IMG/VR virus record: IMGVR_UViG_3300034420_000035
Location: 1 to 33,222 of that record
Direction: 5' to 3' (one strand)
DNA: 33,222 nucleotides
From: a virus
Lineage: Duplodnaviria > Caudoviricetes
The stretch's first letter is position 1; every line of letters begins with the position of its first letter. Shown piece by piece: positions 15,397-26,200 of this stretch. The notes under the pieces are model-generated. The model was given only the letters and a program-made list of their open reading frames with translations. It ran no database searches and had not been told where the DNA came from. The position numbers were made by a program, and so were the translations under genes.

Positions 15397-15885
15397 TTGC
15401 CCCTCACCATCGTCACCACCCCCGGCGATGCCAGCGCCAATGCCTACGCCTCCCTCGCGGAGGCTGAAGCCTATGCGCTGACGCTGCCGGTGGTGAACGA
15501 TTGGGCCACGGCTACCGAGGCGCAGAAGAACGCCGCGATGGTTCAGGCCACGCGGATGCTGGACACCCTGGACTGGAAGGGCCTGCGCACGGCTCCCACG
15601 GTCCAGGCGCTCCAGTGGCCGCGCTACGGCGTGACAGACCGGGAAGGCTACACCCTGGCCTCCACGACAATCCCCGCCAAGCTCCGAGATGCCTGCTGTG
15701 AGTTCGCCATCCGCCTGGTTGCCGATGACCGGGCTGCCGATGCCGGGGGCCTCGCTCCCGAGACGATCAAGCTGGGCTCCCTGGACATCGGCGTTCAGCG
15801 GCGGCGGCCCATCCCGGCGTCTGTGCTGGAGATGGTCCGTGAGTTCCGCGAGGGCGGCGGCGGGCCTCGCATGGTGCTGGTGTGA
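15397..15885 (+). CDS. Head-tail adaptor (DnaT-like annotated family)
   Basis: ANAYASLAEAEAY...QATRMLD..WKG.R...QALQWPR motif; TTG start. Confidence 0.82.
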   Translation: MPLTIVTTPGDASANAYASLAEAEAYALTLPVVNDWATATEAQKNAAMVQATRMLDTLDWKGLRTAPTVQALQWPRYGVTDREGYTLASTTIPAKLRDACCEFAIRLVADDRAADAGGLAPETIKLGSLDIGVQRRRPIPASVLEMVREFREGGGGPRMVLV

Positions 15886-16238
15886 GCCTCGCGTCCACTG
15901 TCGCGCGGGCGGCGTCCAAGGCCCTGAAGTCCTACGGGGCTCCGGGCACGCTCACCCGCGTGGTGCCTGGGGCCTATGACCCCGTGACGGGCGGATCCAC
16001 TCAGTCCACGACCTCCATCCCCGTGTCTGCGCTGCTGGACGCTTCCAGCCTCCAGGGGCTCGGGTTCAAGTTCGGGCCTGATCTGGTCCAGGGGGGCGAC
16101 CTCAAGGCCACGCTCTCCGCTGAGGCTGTGGCTGGTGACTCGCTGACCGTGGCGGGCGGCACCTTCCAGGTCATCGCGGTTCGGCCCTCCTACGTGGGTG
16201 CCACGGCGGTGCTGTGGGAAGCCCTGGTGCGGCGATGA
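15882..16238 (+). CDS. Head closure/stopper protein
   Basis: GAYDPVTG and GD.K motifs; synteny. Confidence 0.7.
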   Translation: MSLASTVARAASKALKSYGAPGTLTRVVPGAYDPVTGGSTQSTTSIPVSALLDASSLQGLGFKFGPDLVQGGDLKATLSAEAVAGDSLTVAGGTFQVIAVRPSYVGATAVLWEALVRR

Positions 16239-16630
16239 CCTTCTCCTCGGACCTCCAGAAGTTCGCCCAGAAAACCGGCACCCGCATGGATCTGGTGGTC
16301 AAAAAGGTGTGCTTGGACCTGACGCGGGACTTGGTGAAGGCCACGCCCGTGGATACCGGCATGGCGCGGGCTAATTACTTCATCAGTTTTGACCGCAGCG
16401 GTGCCGTGGAAACCACGCCCTCCAGGAATGGCGCTCCCAGCCTCACCCGGTCTGCTCAGTTCGCCTCGAACCTCAAGGCGGGCGGCGTCTTCTACATCAC
16501 GAACAACCTGCCCTACATCATGGCCCTGGAATACGGGTCCTCGACTCAGGCCCCTGCGGGCATGGCGCGGGTCACCGTGGCCCGCTGGCAGAGCATCGTG
16601 AACCGCATCGCTGGCGAGGTGGCGAAGTGA
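16235..16630 (+). CDS. HK97 gp10-like tail completion protein
   Basis: TPVDTG.AR.N, YITNNLPY...LEYGSS.QAPAGM. Confidence 0.88.
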   Translation: MTFSSDLQKFAQKTGTRMDLVVKKVCLDLTRDLVKATPVDTGMARANYFISFDRSGAVETTPSRNGAPSLTRSAQFASNLKAGGVFYITNNLPYIMALEYGSSTQAPAGMARVTVARWQSIVNRIAGEVAK

Positions 16631-17022
16631 CCACCCTCAACGATGCCAGCGTGGCCCTGGAGACAAAGCTGGCGGCTCTGCCTGGGCTGTCTGCCGCTGC
16701 TGTCGCGTGGCCTGGGATCTCCTACACGCCTCCGACCTCAGGCGCTTGGTACAAGCCCGCGCTGATCCCCACGGAAACCCTCAAGGCTGCGGGGGCCGGT
16801 GCCTCCACCCATCCGCGTGGGGCGTTCCAAATCTCCATCTTCCGCAAGCCCGGCCCTGGGGCCATGCGATCCCTGCACACCGATGCCGAGGCCCTGCTTT
16901 CGCACTTCGACCGCAAGGCCCTGACAGCCACGGTCCACACGGGAGTCCCGGAGATCGGGCCTCCGCTCCAGGAGCCGGACTGGCTTCAGCTTCCCGTCAC
17001 CGTCCCTTTCCTCTGCCTCTAG
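16627..17022 (+). CDS. Tail terminator (DUF4128-like)
   Basis: VAWPG..Y.PP, GAFQISIF..PG.G, W.Q.PVTV.F; precedes the tube gene. Confidence 0.78.
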   Translation: MTTLNDASVALETKLAALPGLSAAAVAWPGISYTPPTSGAWYKPALIPTETLKAAGAGASTHPRGAFQISIFRKPGPGAMRSLHTDAEALLSHFDRKALTATVHTGVPEIGPPLQEPDWLQLPVTVPFLCL

Positions 17023-17031
17023 GAGCTGCCC

Positions 17032-17937
17032 ATGGCCGCCGAAGTCGGAAACCAAGTCCAAGTCGCCTACATCTCGGAAGTCACCTTCAAGACGACTCCG
17101 GCCACGCCCACCGGGAAGATCCTCCGGTTCACCGGCTTCACGCTGGCGGCAGATCGAAACTACCTGGAGAACCCGGAACTCCGCACGGATCGCCAGCGCA
17201 CGGCGGGCCGTGGCGGCGTCATGGTCGGCAAGGGCGAGGTGGCCGGCGTGTTCAGCTACGGCACCTATGACGATCTGCTGGAGGCCGCGCTGGGCGGCAC
17301 CTGGACCACGAACGTCCTCAAGATCGGCGCCGCGCGGAAATCGTTCACCTTCGAGCGCCTGCACAAGGTCAACACCCTGTCCTATCCCTTCCGGGGCGTG
17401 GTGGTGGATTCCTTCGAGCTTTCGGGCCGGGCAGACCAGAACGTGGAAGCCAAGTTCGGCCTGATCGCGGCGTCCTGCGGGTCGGAAGGCACGGCCACGA
17501 TCTGGACTTCCACCACGGCGGCGGGCACCGGCTCGGTCCTCACCACCTGGGACGGCTCGATCAAAAAGGGCGGCGTGGCCATCGGCACGGTGGTGGGCTG
17601 GACCCTGAAGGGGGAGAACGGCTACCAGGAAGCCAAGGTGTGCGGTTCTGCGGACCTCTACGACCTGGCACAGGGCACCTGCAAGATCACCGGGACGATG
17701 GAACTCTACTTCGATTCCAACGCGCTCTACACGGACTTCCGCGCTGAGAACACCGTGGCCCTCCAGATCAACATCGGCTCCGGCACCTCCAGTAGCTACA
17801 CCATCGATCTGACCTCCTGCAAGATCACCAAGTTCGGCGCCCCCTCCACCGCTGACGGCCTGGTGAGCGTCTCCGTGGAGTTCGAGAGCTTCACTCACGC
17901 CACGGACACCGCCTGCAAGGTGACCCGCATCCCGTAG
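17032..17937 (+). CDS. Tail tube (major tail) protein
   Basis: YISEVTFKTTPATP, ELRTDRQ, KSFTFER, ITGTMELYF; AGGAG SD. Confidence 0.88.
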   Translation: MAAEVGNQVQVAYISEVTFKTTPATPTGKILRFTGFTLAADRNYLENPELRTDRQRTAGRGGVMVGKGEVAGVFSYGTYDDLLEAALGGTWTTNVLKIGAARKSFTFERLHKVNTLSYPFRGVVVDSFELSGRADQNVEAKFGLIAASCGSEGTATIWTSTTAAGTGSVLTTWDGSIKKGGVAIGTVVGWTLKGENGYQEAKVCGSADLYDLAQGTCKITGTMELYFDSNALYTDFRAENTVALQINIGSGTSSSYTIDLTSCKITKFGAPSTADGLVSVSVEFESFTHATDTACKVTRIP

Positions 17938-17949
17938 CCCGTTCAAACC

Positions 17950-17981
17950 GGGGCGGGCTGTGATGGTCCGCCCCATTTTCT
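17950..17981 (+). terminator. Hairpin after tail tube gene
   Basis: GGGGCGGGCT/GGTCCGCCCC stem, GTGAT loop, followed by ATTTTCT. Confidence 0.6.
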
Positions 17982-17991
17982 GGAGTCCGTG

Positions 17992-18357
17992 ATGGACTTT
18001 TCCAAATTCAAAGCCGTAGATGCCATCCGCGTCGATATCGACCATGCGGACTGCGAGGGCGTGTCCATCACGCTTGCGGGTCCGTCCCACCCTGCCACGA
18101 AGAAGGCCGAGCGCACCCGCATGGATGCGATGGCCAACTCCAAGCGCCGGCTGAAGGGTGACGCGCTCAAGTCCCTGGTTTCCGAGTTCCTGGCGGCCCG
18201 CGTGCTGTCCTGGGAAGGCGTGTCCTGGGGTGGTGAGGCGATGGAGGCCAACGAAGAGAACGCGCTGAAACTGCTGAACTCCCCTGCCGGGGAGATGATC
18301 CAGAACCAGCTCCTGATGGCCATCGGAAACGACGACCTCCTCTACAAAAGCAATTGA
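17992..18357 (+). CDS. Tail assembly chaperone (gpG-like)
   Basis: Between tube and TMP; ITLAGP.H, LAARVLSWEG, ENALKLL. Confidence 0.82.
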   Translation: MDFSKFKAVDAIRVDIDHADCEGVSITLAGPSHPATKKAERTRMDAMANSKRRLKGDALKSLVSEFLAARVLSWEGVSWGGEAMEANEENALKLLNSPAGEMIQNQLLMAIGNDDLLYKSN

Positions 18358-18709
18358 GGAAGAGGCCCGTGCTGCCGCTGCTCACGCCTTCAAGCTCGCC
18401 AAGACGGATGAGCATGGCGTGTCGCTGGAGGCCAAGGGCCGCCAGCTCGAAGCCAGCGGCAAGCGGGCCACGTTCCTTGATGGGCCAGCCATGCCAGCGG
18501 AAGCGGAACACATCTGGCTCTGGTTCACGGATCTGCACATGGGGCGCGGTAGTGGGTTTGGCCCTGCCCCGATCACCTGGGGCGACATGGCGGGCTTCTT
18601 CGCCCTCCACGGGATCGAACCAAGGGCATGGGAACTGAGGGTGCTGCGGGCGTTTGACGCGGCTTGGCTCGAAACGAATCAGTCACCGGGAGATGAACAA
18701 GATGGCTGA
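18350..18709 (+). CDS. Tail chaperone gpT-like segment, probably reached by frameshift
   Basis: Frame open from 18317; HIWLWFTDL...R..GFGPAPITWGDM...WELRVL..FD; no good SD at GTG 18419. Confidence 0.72.
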   Translation, partial: AIEEEARAAAAHAFKLAKTDEHGVSLEAKGRQLEASGKRATFLDGPAMPAEAEHIWLWFTDLHMGRGSGFGPAPITWGDMAGFFALHGIEPRAWELRVLRAFDAAWLETNQSPGDEQDG

Positions 18710-20858
18710 TTTCGCCACGCTGGTGCTGAAAGTCGATTCCACGGGGGTCAAGCCCGGTCTGAACGCGATCAATGGCCTTGGGGCTGCCGGTGAAAAGGTC
18801 ATCGGGGTCATGAAGGGCATCGGGGCCGCGCTTGGCCTCGCTGCCATGGCCAAGGCCGTGTCTGATGTGGCGGTCCTCCGTGCCCGCTACGACACGCTGG
18901 GCACGGTGATGCGGGTCGTGGGAAACAACGCCGGCTACACGGCGGGCCAGATGGAAGCCTACGCCCAGAGCCTCCAGAAAGCAGGCATCTCCATGGTGGA
19001 GAGCCGGAACACCCTCGCCATGATGGCCTCCGCTCATATCGACCTGAACAATGCCCAGAAGCTGGGCCGGATCGCCCAGGATGCCGCTGTCATCGGCAAC
19101 GTCAATTCGTCCGAGGCGTTCCAGCGGATGATCTACGGCATCCAGTCGGGTCAGGTCGAAATCCTGCGGACCATCGGCATCAACGTCAATTTCGAGCAGA
19201 GCTACAAGAAACTGGCCCAGCAGCTCGGGAAGAGTGCCGCCAGCCTCACGGAGCTAGAGAAGGTCCAGGCCCGGACCAACGTGGTCATGGAGAAGGGGCG
19301 GGACATCGCCGGGGCCTATGAGGAATCCATGGGCACCGTGGGCAAGGCTGCCAAGTCTCTGGAGCGCATCTGGGAGAACCTGCGGGTCATCTCCGGGGGC
19401 ATGTTCCAAGAGGGCTTCACCGTCATCGTGGACGGGCTCACCAGCGCCTTCCAGACCGCCACGGATTGGGTGAACCGCTACGGCACGGAGATTGGCCAGC
19501 TAGGCACGGCCATGGCCGATGTGGTGCGGCAGAGCATCGAGTTCGGCAAGATGCTGTCCGACCTTGGCGGGGGCGCCCAGGGGGCCGCTGAGGGTGTGGG
19601 GGCGCTCACCTGGATTTTCCGGGGGATGGCGCTGATCATCGGCACGGTCACGGATCTGATCCGGGCCTTTGTCGCCGCCGCTGCTCAGAACCTGGGATTC
19701 ATCCTGGAGAAGCTGGGCAAGATCATCGATGCCGTGACCACGCTTGGCGGGGTGCTGGGGCGCGGGAACTTCGCCGGCTGGGGGCGGGACCTCCAGGCGT
19801 ACGGGAACAACCTGGCTTCCGCGCTGGACAAGCAGACTGCCACGGGCGGGATGCTGGACAAGTGGCTGGACGATCAAGGGAAATTGGTCCTCAAGGCCGA
19901 AGAGATCAAGCGCAGGACCGCGATCCTTGCCGGTGGCCCCACCGCCCAGGCTGCCGGGCTCATGTCGGCTCACTCGCAGGACCCCAGGGAACAAGCCCGC
20001 ATCTCTGCCGGCATCTTCTCCCGCGCTGAGCAGCAGGACGCGGACAAGAAGCGGCAGAACGCTGATGCGATGACCAAGATCCTGGGAGAGCAGGAGAAGT
20101 TCTTCCAGAAGATGGCTGATGCCTATGACAAGGCCGTTCTGTCTGCCTCGGAACTGCTGGACCTGGAGCTTAAGCGGCTGAAGATCCAGGACAGCATGGG
20201 TGTGGCCATCGCTCACCAGGTGCTGGAGTCTGCCGAACTCGCCAAGCTCGAACTGAAGCCCAACGCGCAGGAAGACATTCAGATCGCCACCGTCAACACG
20301 GCGGCCCTGACCACGGCCACGGCCAAGCTGCGGGCCGAGTTCGCTCAGATGCGGGTTTTCGTCCCCACCACCTGGGACATCATCTCCAATGCCGTGATGG
20401 ATTCCAGCCGCATGGCCTCGGATGAACTCGTGGCCTGGATGAACAACCTGGACGGCGTGGGCCGGTCCTGGGAAACACTGGGTGACACGGTGCGGGCGGT
20501 CCTGCGGGACATGATCATCCAGATGCAGCGGGCCATCGTCCAGCAGCAGCTCATGGACCCGCTGATCAGGTGGGGTGTCACGGCCCTGGGGGGGATGTTC
20601 GCGGGAAGCACCACGCCCACCACGGGGGGCACGGCGGGCGGTGGGCTGAATTGGGGCGAGGTTCCGATAGCCAACCCCATGGGCGGCTCCGCCCCCGTGA
20701 ACGCTCAAATCGCCATCAACATCACCCCTGGCGAGGGCGTTACCACCGAAGCCTCCAGCGCGGCGGCTGCGGAACTGGCCCAGCGCATCGCACGCGGGGA
20801 AATCCGACAGTGGGCGGCCAAGGAAATGCTCCACGGCGGCGTCTTGGCGAGGTCGTGA
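18702..20858 (+). CDS. Tape measure protein
   Basis: 718 aa, Ala/Gly-rich, helical; MADFATLVLKVDS start; C-terminal GGVL; synteny. Confidence 0.92.
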   Translation: MADFATLVLKVDSTGVKPGLNAINGLGAAGEKVIGVMKGIGAALGLAAMAKAVSDVAVLRARYDTLGTVMRVVGNNAGYTAGQMEAYAQSLQKAGISMVESRNTLAMMASAHIDLNNAQKLGRIAQDAAVIGNVNSSEAFQRMIYGIQSGQVEILRTIGINVNFEQSYKKLAQQLGKSAASLTELEKVQARTNVVMEKGRDIAGAYEESMGTVGKAAKSLERIWENLRVISGGMFQEGFTVIVDGLTSAFQTATDWVNRYGTEIGQLGTAMADVVRQSIEFGKMLSDLGGGAQGAAEGVGALTWIFRGMALIIGTVTDLIRAFVAAAAQNLGFILEKLGKIIDAVTTLGGVLGRGNFAGWGRDLQAYGNNLASALDKQTATGGMLDKWLDDQGKLVLKAEEIKRRTAILAGGPTAQAAGLMSAHSQDPREQARISAGIFSRAEQQDADKKRQNADAMTKILGEQEKFFQKMADAYDKAVLSASELLDLELKRLKIQDSMGVAIAHQVLESAELAKLELKPNAQEDIQIATVNTAALTTATAKLRAEFAQMRVFVPTTWDIISNAVMDSSRMASDELVAWMNNLDGVGRSWETLGDTVRAVLRDMIIQMQRAIVQQQLMDPLIRWGVTALGGMFAGSTTPTTGGTAGGGLNWGEVPIANPMGGSAPVNAQIAINITPGEGVTTEASSAAAAELAQRIARGEIRQWAAKEMLHGGVLARS

Positions 20859-21196
20859 TGGCTACTTTCACCTGGACCCCCGATCTCGGCGCAGAGCCTG
20901 ACATGGAGCCGCGCAGGCTCGCCGTGGGCTTTGGCGAGGGCTATGAACAGACCGCGCCGGATGGGCTGAACCCGTTCCTCCCGACCTGGGACATGACATT
21001 CAGCGGACGGTCACTGGCTGAGGTCCAGGCCATCTACGCCTTCCTGACCTCGAACATGGCCCATGTCACCTCGTTTGACTGGACCGCGCCGGATGGAACG
21101 GTAGGCAAGTGGAAGGCTGACAAGTGGACCCCGGCCAAGCCCCAGGGCGGCTCCGCTTGGTCGATCAAGGCCAAGTTCCGCATGGTGCCGCTGTGA
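20858..21196 (+). CDS. Lambda gpM-like distal tail protein
   Basis: TFTWTPD...FGEGYEQ..PDGLN...FDWTAP. Confidence 0.9.
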   Translation: MATFTWTPDLGAEPDMEPRRLAVGFGEGYEQTAPDGLNPFLPTWDMTFSGRSLAEVQAIYAFLTSNMAHVTSFDWTAPDGTVGKWKADKWTPAKPQGGSAWSIKAKFRMVPL

Positions 21197-21867
21197 CGGT
21201 CCCGATTGCGGAGATCCAGAAACCGGACCCATCTGCGGTCATCCACCTCTTCGTGCTGGATGCCACGGTCTGCGGCGGCGGCGTGTCCTACTTCGCCACC
21301 CAAACCAACGCGCTGGGGGCTGGGATTACGTGGCAGGGCCAGCTCTACACGCCTCTGCCTATCCAGTTCGAGGGGTTCGAGTGGACCTCCAAGGGCACGC
21401 TCCCCCGCCCTAAGCTGCGCCTCGCCGCCGTGAATGGCGTGATCGGGGCCATGATCCGGGACTATGACGATCTGGTAGGGGCCTCGGTCACACTCAAGCG
21501 GTGCTTCGCCCGGCACCTGGACGCGGTGAACTTCGCCGGGGGCGTGAACCCCAACGCAGACCCAGCCGTCCACTGGGATGACGAACCATGGATCATCGAG
21601 CGGAAGACGCTTGAAACCTCCGATGTGATCGAGTTCGAGCTTTGCACGCCGATGGACCAACAGAACGCGGTGATCCCCAAAGGGCGGGTCACGGCGAATG
21701 TCTGCCAGTGGCAGAGCGCGGCCATCTGCCCGTTCTCCGTTGGGGGGCTCTGCGGGAAGAAACTGGCGAACTGCGTCACCCATTCCACGACTGACGGGGT
21801 GGGCCTGCCTGCCTTTGCGGGGGGGCTGCCCTTCGGCGGGTTCCCTGGCTCGGCTCGGGTGCGCTGA
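21193..21867 (+). CDS. Lambda gpL-like tail tip protein
   Basis: WQGQLY...PIQFEGFE...GTLPRPKL, RHLDAVNF, C-terminal Cys cluster, LPFGGFPG. Confidence 0.93.
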   Translation: MTVPIAEIQKPDPSAVIHLFVLDATVCGGGVSYFATQTNALGAGITWQGQLYTPLPIQFEGFEWTSKGTLPRPKLRLAAVNGVIGAMIRDYDDLVGASVTLKRCFARHLDAVNFAGGVNPNADPAVHWDDEPWIIERKTLETSDVIEFELCTPMDQQNAVIPKGRVTANVCQWQSAAICPFSVGGLCGKKLANCVTHSTTDGVGLPAFAGGLPFGGFPGSARVR

Positions 21868-22541
21868 TGACCCCGGCCCTGCTCTCCCAGATCCTCGCCC
21901 ACGCCCGCGCTGAGGCCCCGCGTGAGGCCTGTGGCGTGCTCGCGTGGGACGGGAAGGACGGTGCCGCCTACCACCCCTGCCGGAACGTGGCGGGGGATGG
22001 GGACTTCGAGATCCACCCGGAGGATTGGGTGGCCGCTGAGGACGCGGGCACGGTGCTCGGCATCGTCCACAGCCACCCCGGAGGCACCGTAGACCTCTCC
22101 GGGGCAGACCGGGCGGGGCTGTATCGCTCCGGCGTGCCGTGGTGGGTCGTGGTGCCCGAATCCGGGGCGTGGGGCCGCTACGTGCCCTCCGGCCGGGAGA
22201 TCACGGGCCACCCCTTCGCTTGGGGCATCCAGGACTGCTTCACGCTGGTTCGGGATGGCGTGGCGGGCGTGCCTGATTTTCTCCGTGAGCCGCTTTTCTG
22301 GGAACGCTCCGACCTGATCAGCGAATCCATGGAAGTGGCTGGGTTCGAGCGGGTGGAGGACGGGCCCGCGCCGGGTGATGTGCTGGTGATGAGCATCCGG
22401 GGCCGGGGCGTCCCGAACCATTGCGCGGTCTACGTGGGCGGCGGGCGGATCGTCCACCACCTGGCGGGGCGGCTGTCCCGTGAGGAAGACCTGGGGCCCC
22501 TGAACCGGGCTGTCGTGGCCGTGGTGCGGAGGAAGCGATGA
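21867..22541 (+). CDS. Lambda gpK-like protein (JAB/Mov34 + NlpC/P60)
   Basis: PREACG, IVHSHP...S..D, DCFTLVRD, NHCAVYVG...HH. Confidence 0.93.
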   Translation: MTPALLSQILAHARAEAPREACGVLAWDGKDGAAYHPCRNVAGDGDFEIHPEDWVAAEDAGTVLGIVHSHPGGTVDLSGADRAGLYRSGVPWWVVVPESGAWGRYVPSGREITGHPFAWGIQDCFTLVRDGVAGVPDFLREPLFWERSDLISESMEVAGFERVEDGPAPGDVLVMSIRGRGVPNHCAVYVGGGRIVHHLAGRLSREEDLGPLNRAVVAVVRRKR

Positions 22542-23263
22542 CCTACACATACACCCCGCCCAAGAAGCGCGACCCGGCCCTAAAAAAGATCCAGCTCTAT
22601 GGCGACATGGGGCGGCGGTTTGGCCGTGTTCACTGGCTTGCCGTGAACTCCCCCGCTGAGGCCATCCGCGCCCTCAGGACCATCAAGCCCGGCTTCGACG
22701 GCTACCTCCGTGAGCGGTACGATGCGCCCTTCCGCGTCCTTCGTGGGGATGAGGCGCTGGATGAAGAGGGGCTTCAGGCTCCCGTGAGTCGGGCCGAGGT
22801 GATCAAGATCGTCCCCGTGGTGGCCGGTTCGGGCGGCAAAGGATGGGGGCAGATCTTCCTGGGGGCGGCGCTGATTGTCGCCTCCACCTTCATCCCCGGT
22901 GCCTGGATGATCGGCACGACTGGCGTTGCCGGGATGGTTTCAAGCCTGGGTATCGCCATGGCCCTTGGCGGCGTGGCCTCCCTTCTGGCGGGCACTCCCA
23001 ACGTCAACAATGCCGGGCTGGAAGGCTCCAACGACATCGACACCTTCTCCTTCTCTAACCCGACCCTGACCACGGGCCAGGGCGGCGTGGTGCCGGTGTT
23101 GATCGGGGAAATGATGATCGGGGGCCACATCATCAGCGCCGGGATCGACGCGCACACCTGGATCCCAGGCGGCTTTGACGAAACCGTGTGCCTCACGGAT
23201 GACGGAACCCGCTACGGCAACGGCGATTCGATCCCCTGGATGTGGGCGAAAGGGGAGGCGTAA
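22538..23263 (+). CDS. Lambda gpI-like tail assembly protein
   Basis: LYGDMGRRFGR, EAIRAL, IVPVVAGS, QGGVVPVLIGE...ISAG. Confidence 0.93.
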   Translation: MTYTYTPPKKRDPALKKIQLYGDMGRRFGRVHWLAVNSPAEAIRALRTIKPGFDGYLRERYDAPFRVLRGDEALDEEGLQAPVSRAEVIKIVPVVAGSGGKGWGQIFLGAALIVASTFIPGAWMIGTTGVAGMVSSLGIAMALGGVASLLAGTPNVNNAGLEGSNDIDTFSFSNPTLTTGQGGVVPVLIGEMMIGGHIISAGIDAHTWIPGGFDETVCLTDDGTRYGNGDSIPWMWAKGEA

Positions 23264-23265
23264 CG

Positions 23266-26200
23266 ATGCCGATTCAGGTTCTTGAAGCGGATGCCGCGTG
23301 GACTGGTGGAAACACTGGCGGGGGCGGAACGCCCACCGGTGGCGGTGCGCCCACAACCTGGTCCGATGCCACGGTGCCGGAGACGGGCACACTCCAGATC
23401 CTGCTGGGCGAAGGCCGCATGGAAGGGCTGGTGTCCCAGAACGGGATCGGGACGGACTGCCTGCGCTCGGTGCTGCTGGACAACACGCCGGTCCAGAACT
23501 CGGATGGCACGTTCAATTTCACCGGCCTTGCCATGGCTCTGGTGGCCGGCACGAACACCCAGCCTTCCATCAAGGGCATCACGGGCACGGAATCGGAGAC
23601 CTCCGTCAACGTCCAGGTGGTGCAGGCCACGCCCGTGGTCCGCTCCGTGACCTCCAATCCTTCCGCCGTGCGGGTGCGGATCAGCATCCCGGCGCTCAAG
23701 AAAATCTCTACCTCGGATGGCAAGGAATCCGGCAACGTGGCCCGAGTCAAGATCGAGCGGCAGAACGCTGGATACAACGGCGGGGCGTGGCAAGAGGTCA
23801 CGCTGGACAACTCCGGCATCATCGAGGGCGGGCCGTTCTCCACCAAATTCACCAAGAGCTTCAGGGTAGAAACCCCCGCCACGGGCACATGGCAGATCCG
23901 CGTCACCCGCGTCACCGCCGATGACCCCGATGCCTACAGCCAATCCCAAACCTGGTGGGATGCCATCACGGAGATTGTGGACGCGCGGCTGCGCTACCCG
24001 AACCGCTCCATCTTCTCGATCCGGCTGAACGCCAAGCAATTCCGCAGCATCCCCCGCGTCAACCTGCACATGCGCGGGTCGATTCTCCAGGTCCCGGCGA
24101 ATTACACCCCTGCCTCCTACAACTGGGTCACGAAGACCTGGACCGCTGCGACCTACGCCACGACTGGCCCCGGCACCAGCGGCGGGGCCTGGGATGGCAC
24201 CTTCAAGGATGCTTGGTGCAACAGCCCCGCTTGGGGCTTCTTCCAGGCGGCGTCCAACACGATTTGGGGCGCGGGCACGTTCCTGGCGGCTTCCGGGCTG
24301 GACAAGTGGAGCCTCTACACCATCTCCCAGTGGTGCGATGCCATGGTGGCCGATGGCAAGGGCGGCACGGAGCCGCGCATGGTCTGCAACCTTTACATGC
24401 AGAACCCCCAAAACGCGATCAAGGCCCTGGGTCAGCTCGCTTCGATCTTCTGGGGCGTGATCTACTACGCCTCCGGGCTGGTGGTTCCTGTCCCCGATGC
24501 GGATACCGCGCCGGTTGCCCTATTCACCAATGCCAACGTGGAGGGTGGGCACTTCCGCTACGAGGGCACGGCACGGAGCGCACGGCACACGGCTGCCGTG
24601 GCGTCGTTCATCAATCCTGACCTCGGATACGCGCAGGACACGGCGATCTATGAGGACGAAGACGGGATCGCCCGCTACGGCTACAACGCCCTGGACATCC
24701 AGGCCATCGGTGCGACCTCCCAGGGGCAGGCCCTGCGCCTGGCCAAGTGGACCATTCTCACGGAGCTGATGAGCCCCGAGGTCGTGGCCTTCGCCAGCGG
24801 GCTTGAGGGCTCCACCGTGAAGCCCGGCGATGTGGTCCAGGTCGCGGACCAGTTCCGGGCGGGCGCGGCCCGGATGGGCGGGCGCATCGTCGCCACGGCC
24901 ACCACCACCGTCATTCCCCTGGATGCCCCCGTGACCCTTGGCGCCGGAGCCTACACCCTCCGATGCCAGACCGACACCGGCATGGAGTCGCGCACGGTCA
25001 CGACTGCGGCGGGAACGGTGTCCAGCCTCACGGTCTCGCCTGCGTTCAGTTCGGCCCCGGCCCTCGGCTCGGGGTGGCTACTCCAGGCGGGCACCACGGC
25101 CTCCCTCTGGCGCGTGCTCAGCGTCAAGAAGGCGGAAGGGATCAAGTTCGAGGTGGTGGCGCTCAAGCACGACCCGGCCAAATACGCAGCCCTGGGCCTC
25201 GCGTCCGGCGATGTGGTGCCGCGCACGCCCCGCACGATTTCGGCCCCCGCCCCCGCGGGCCTCGCTGTCACCTCCACGACCCGCATCCTGAACGACCGCC
25301 AGCAGCTCACCCTTAACGCAAACTGGACCCTCGATGGGGCGGTGTCCTACATCGCCCAGGCCAGCCGGGACTACGGCCCGTGGGAATCCATGACGGTATC
25401 CGGGGCCTCTGCCTACCTCGATGGCATCCAGCCCGGATCTTGGCGGGTTCGCGTGTGCGGGGATTGGCGCGGGGCTGGAACCTCCACCTATGCCACGGTG
25501 ACGGCTACAGTGACGGCGAGTGGGACGGTCCCGCCGTGGGTCAGCACGGCACAATCTACGGCCAACACCGCGCTCTCCACAGCCAACGCGGCGGTTTCAG
25601 CGGCTGCCACGGCGCAATCTACCGCTGACGGGAAAATTGATACCTTCTGGCAGCCCACGCCTCCGGGCTCGGCATCCGAGGGTGATCTATGGTTTGACAC
25701 AGATGACGGAAACAAGGTCTACCGCTGGACTTCGGGCGCATGGGGCGCGGCTCAAGATTCGGGCATCGCGGCGGCCATCAGCGCGGCATCGACCGCGCAG
25801 GGAACAGCGGACGGGAAAGCCAGGATCTACTACCAGACAGCGCAGCCTACGGGCCTCGGTGCTGGGGACCAGGGCGACCTATGGTGCGACACCGACGATA
25901 ACTACAAGCTGTGGGCGTGGACAGGCAGTGCGTGGCAACTGGCCCAGGACTGGCAGGCGGCGAATGCTGCGGCTGCTGCGGCTCAGGGCACGGCGAACAG
26001 TGCGGCCAGTGCGGCGGCTACGGCTCAGGCCAGCGCCAATGCCGTGACCGCCACGGTGGCCGACATCACCGCCGATGACAAGGTGACGGCCCCGGAGAAG
26101 ATGGCCCTGAAGCCTCACTACGACAGCATCATTTCCGAGCAGGCCGGAATTGACGCCCAGGCCGACAGCTTCAGCGTGAGCCGGGCGACCTACGACACCA

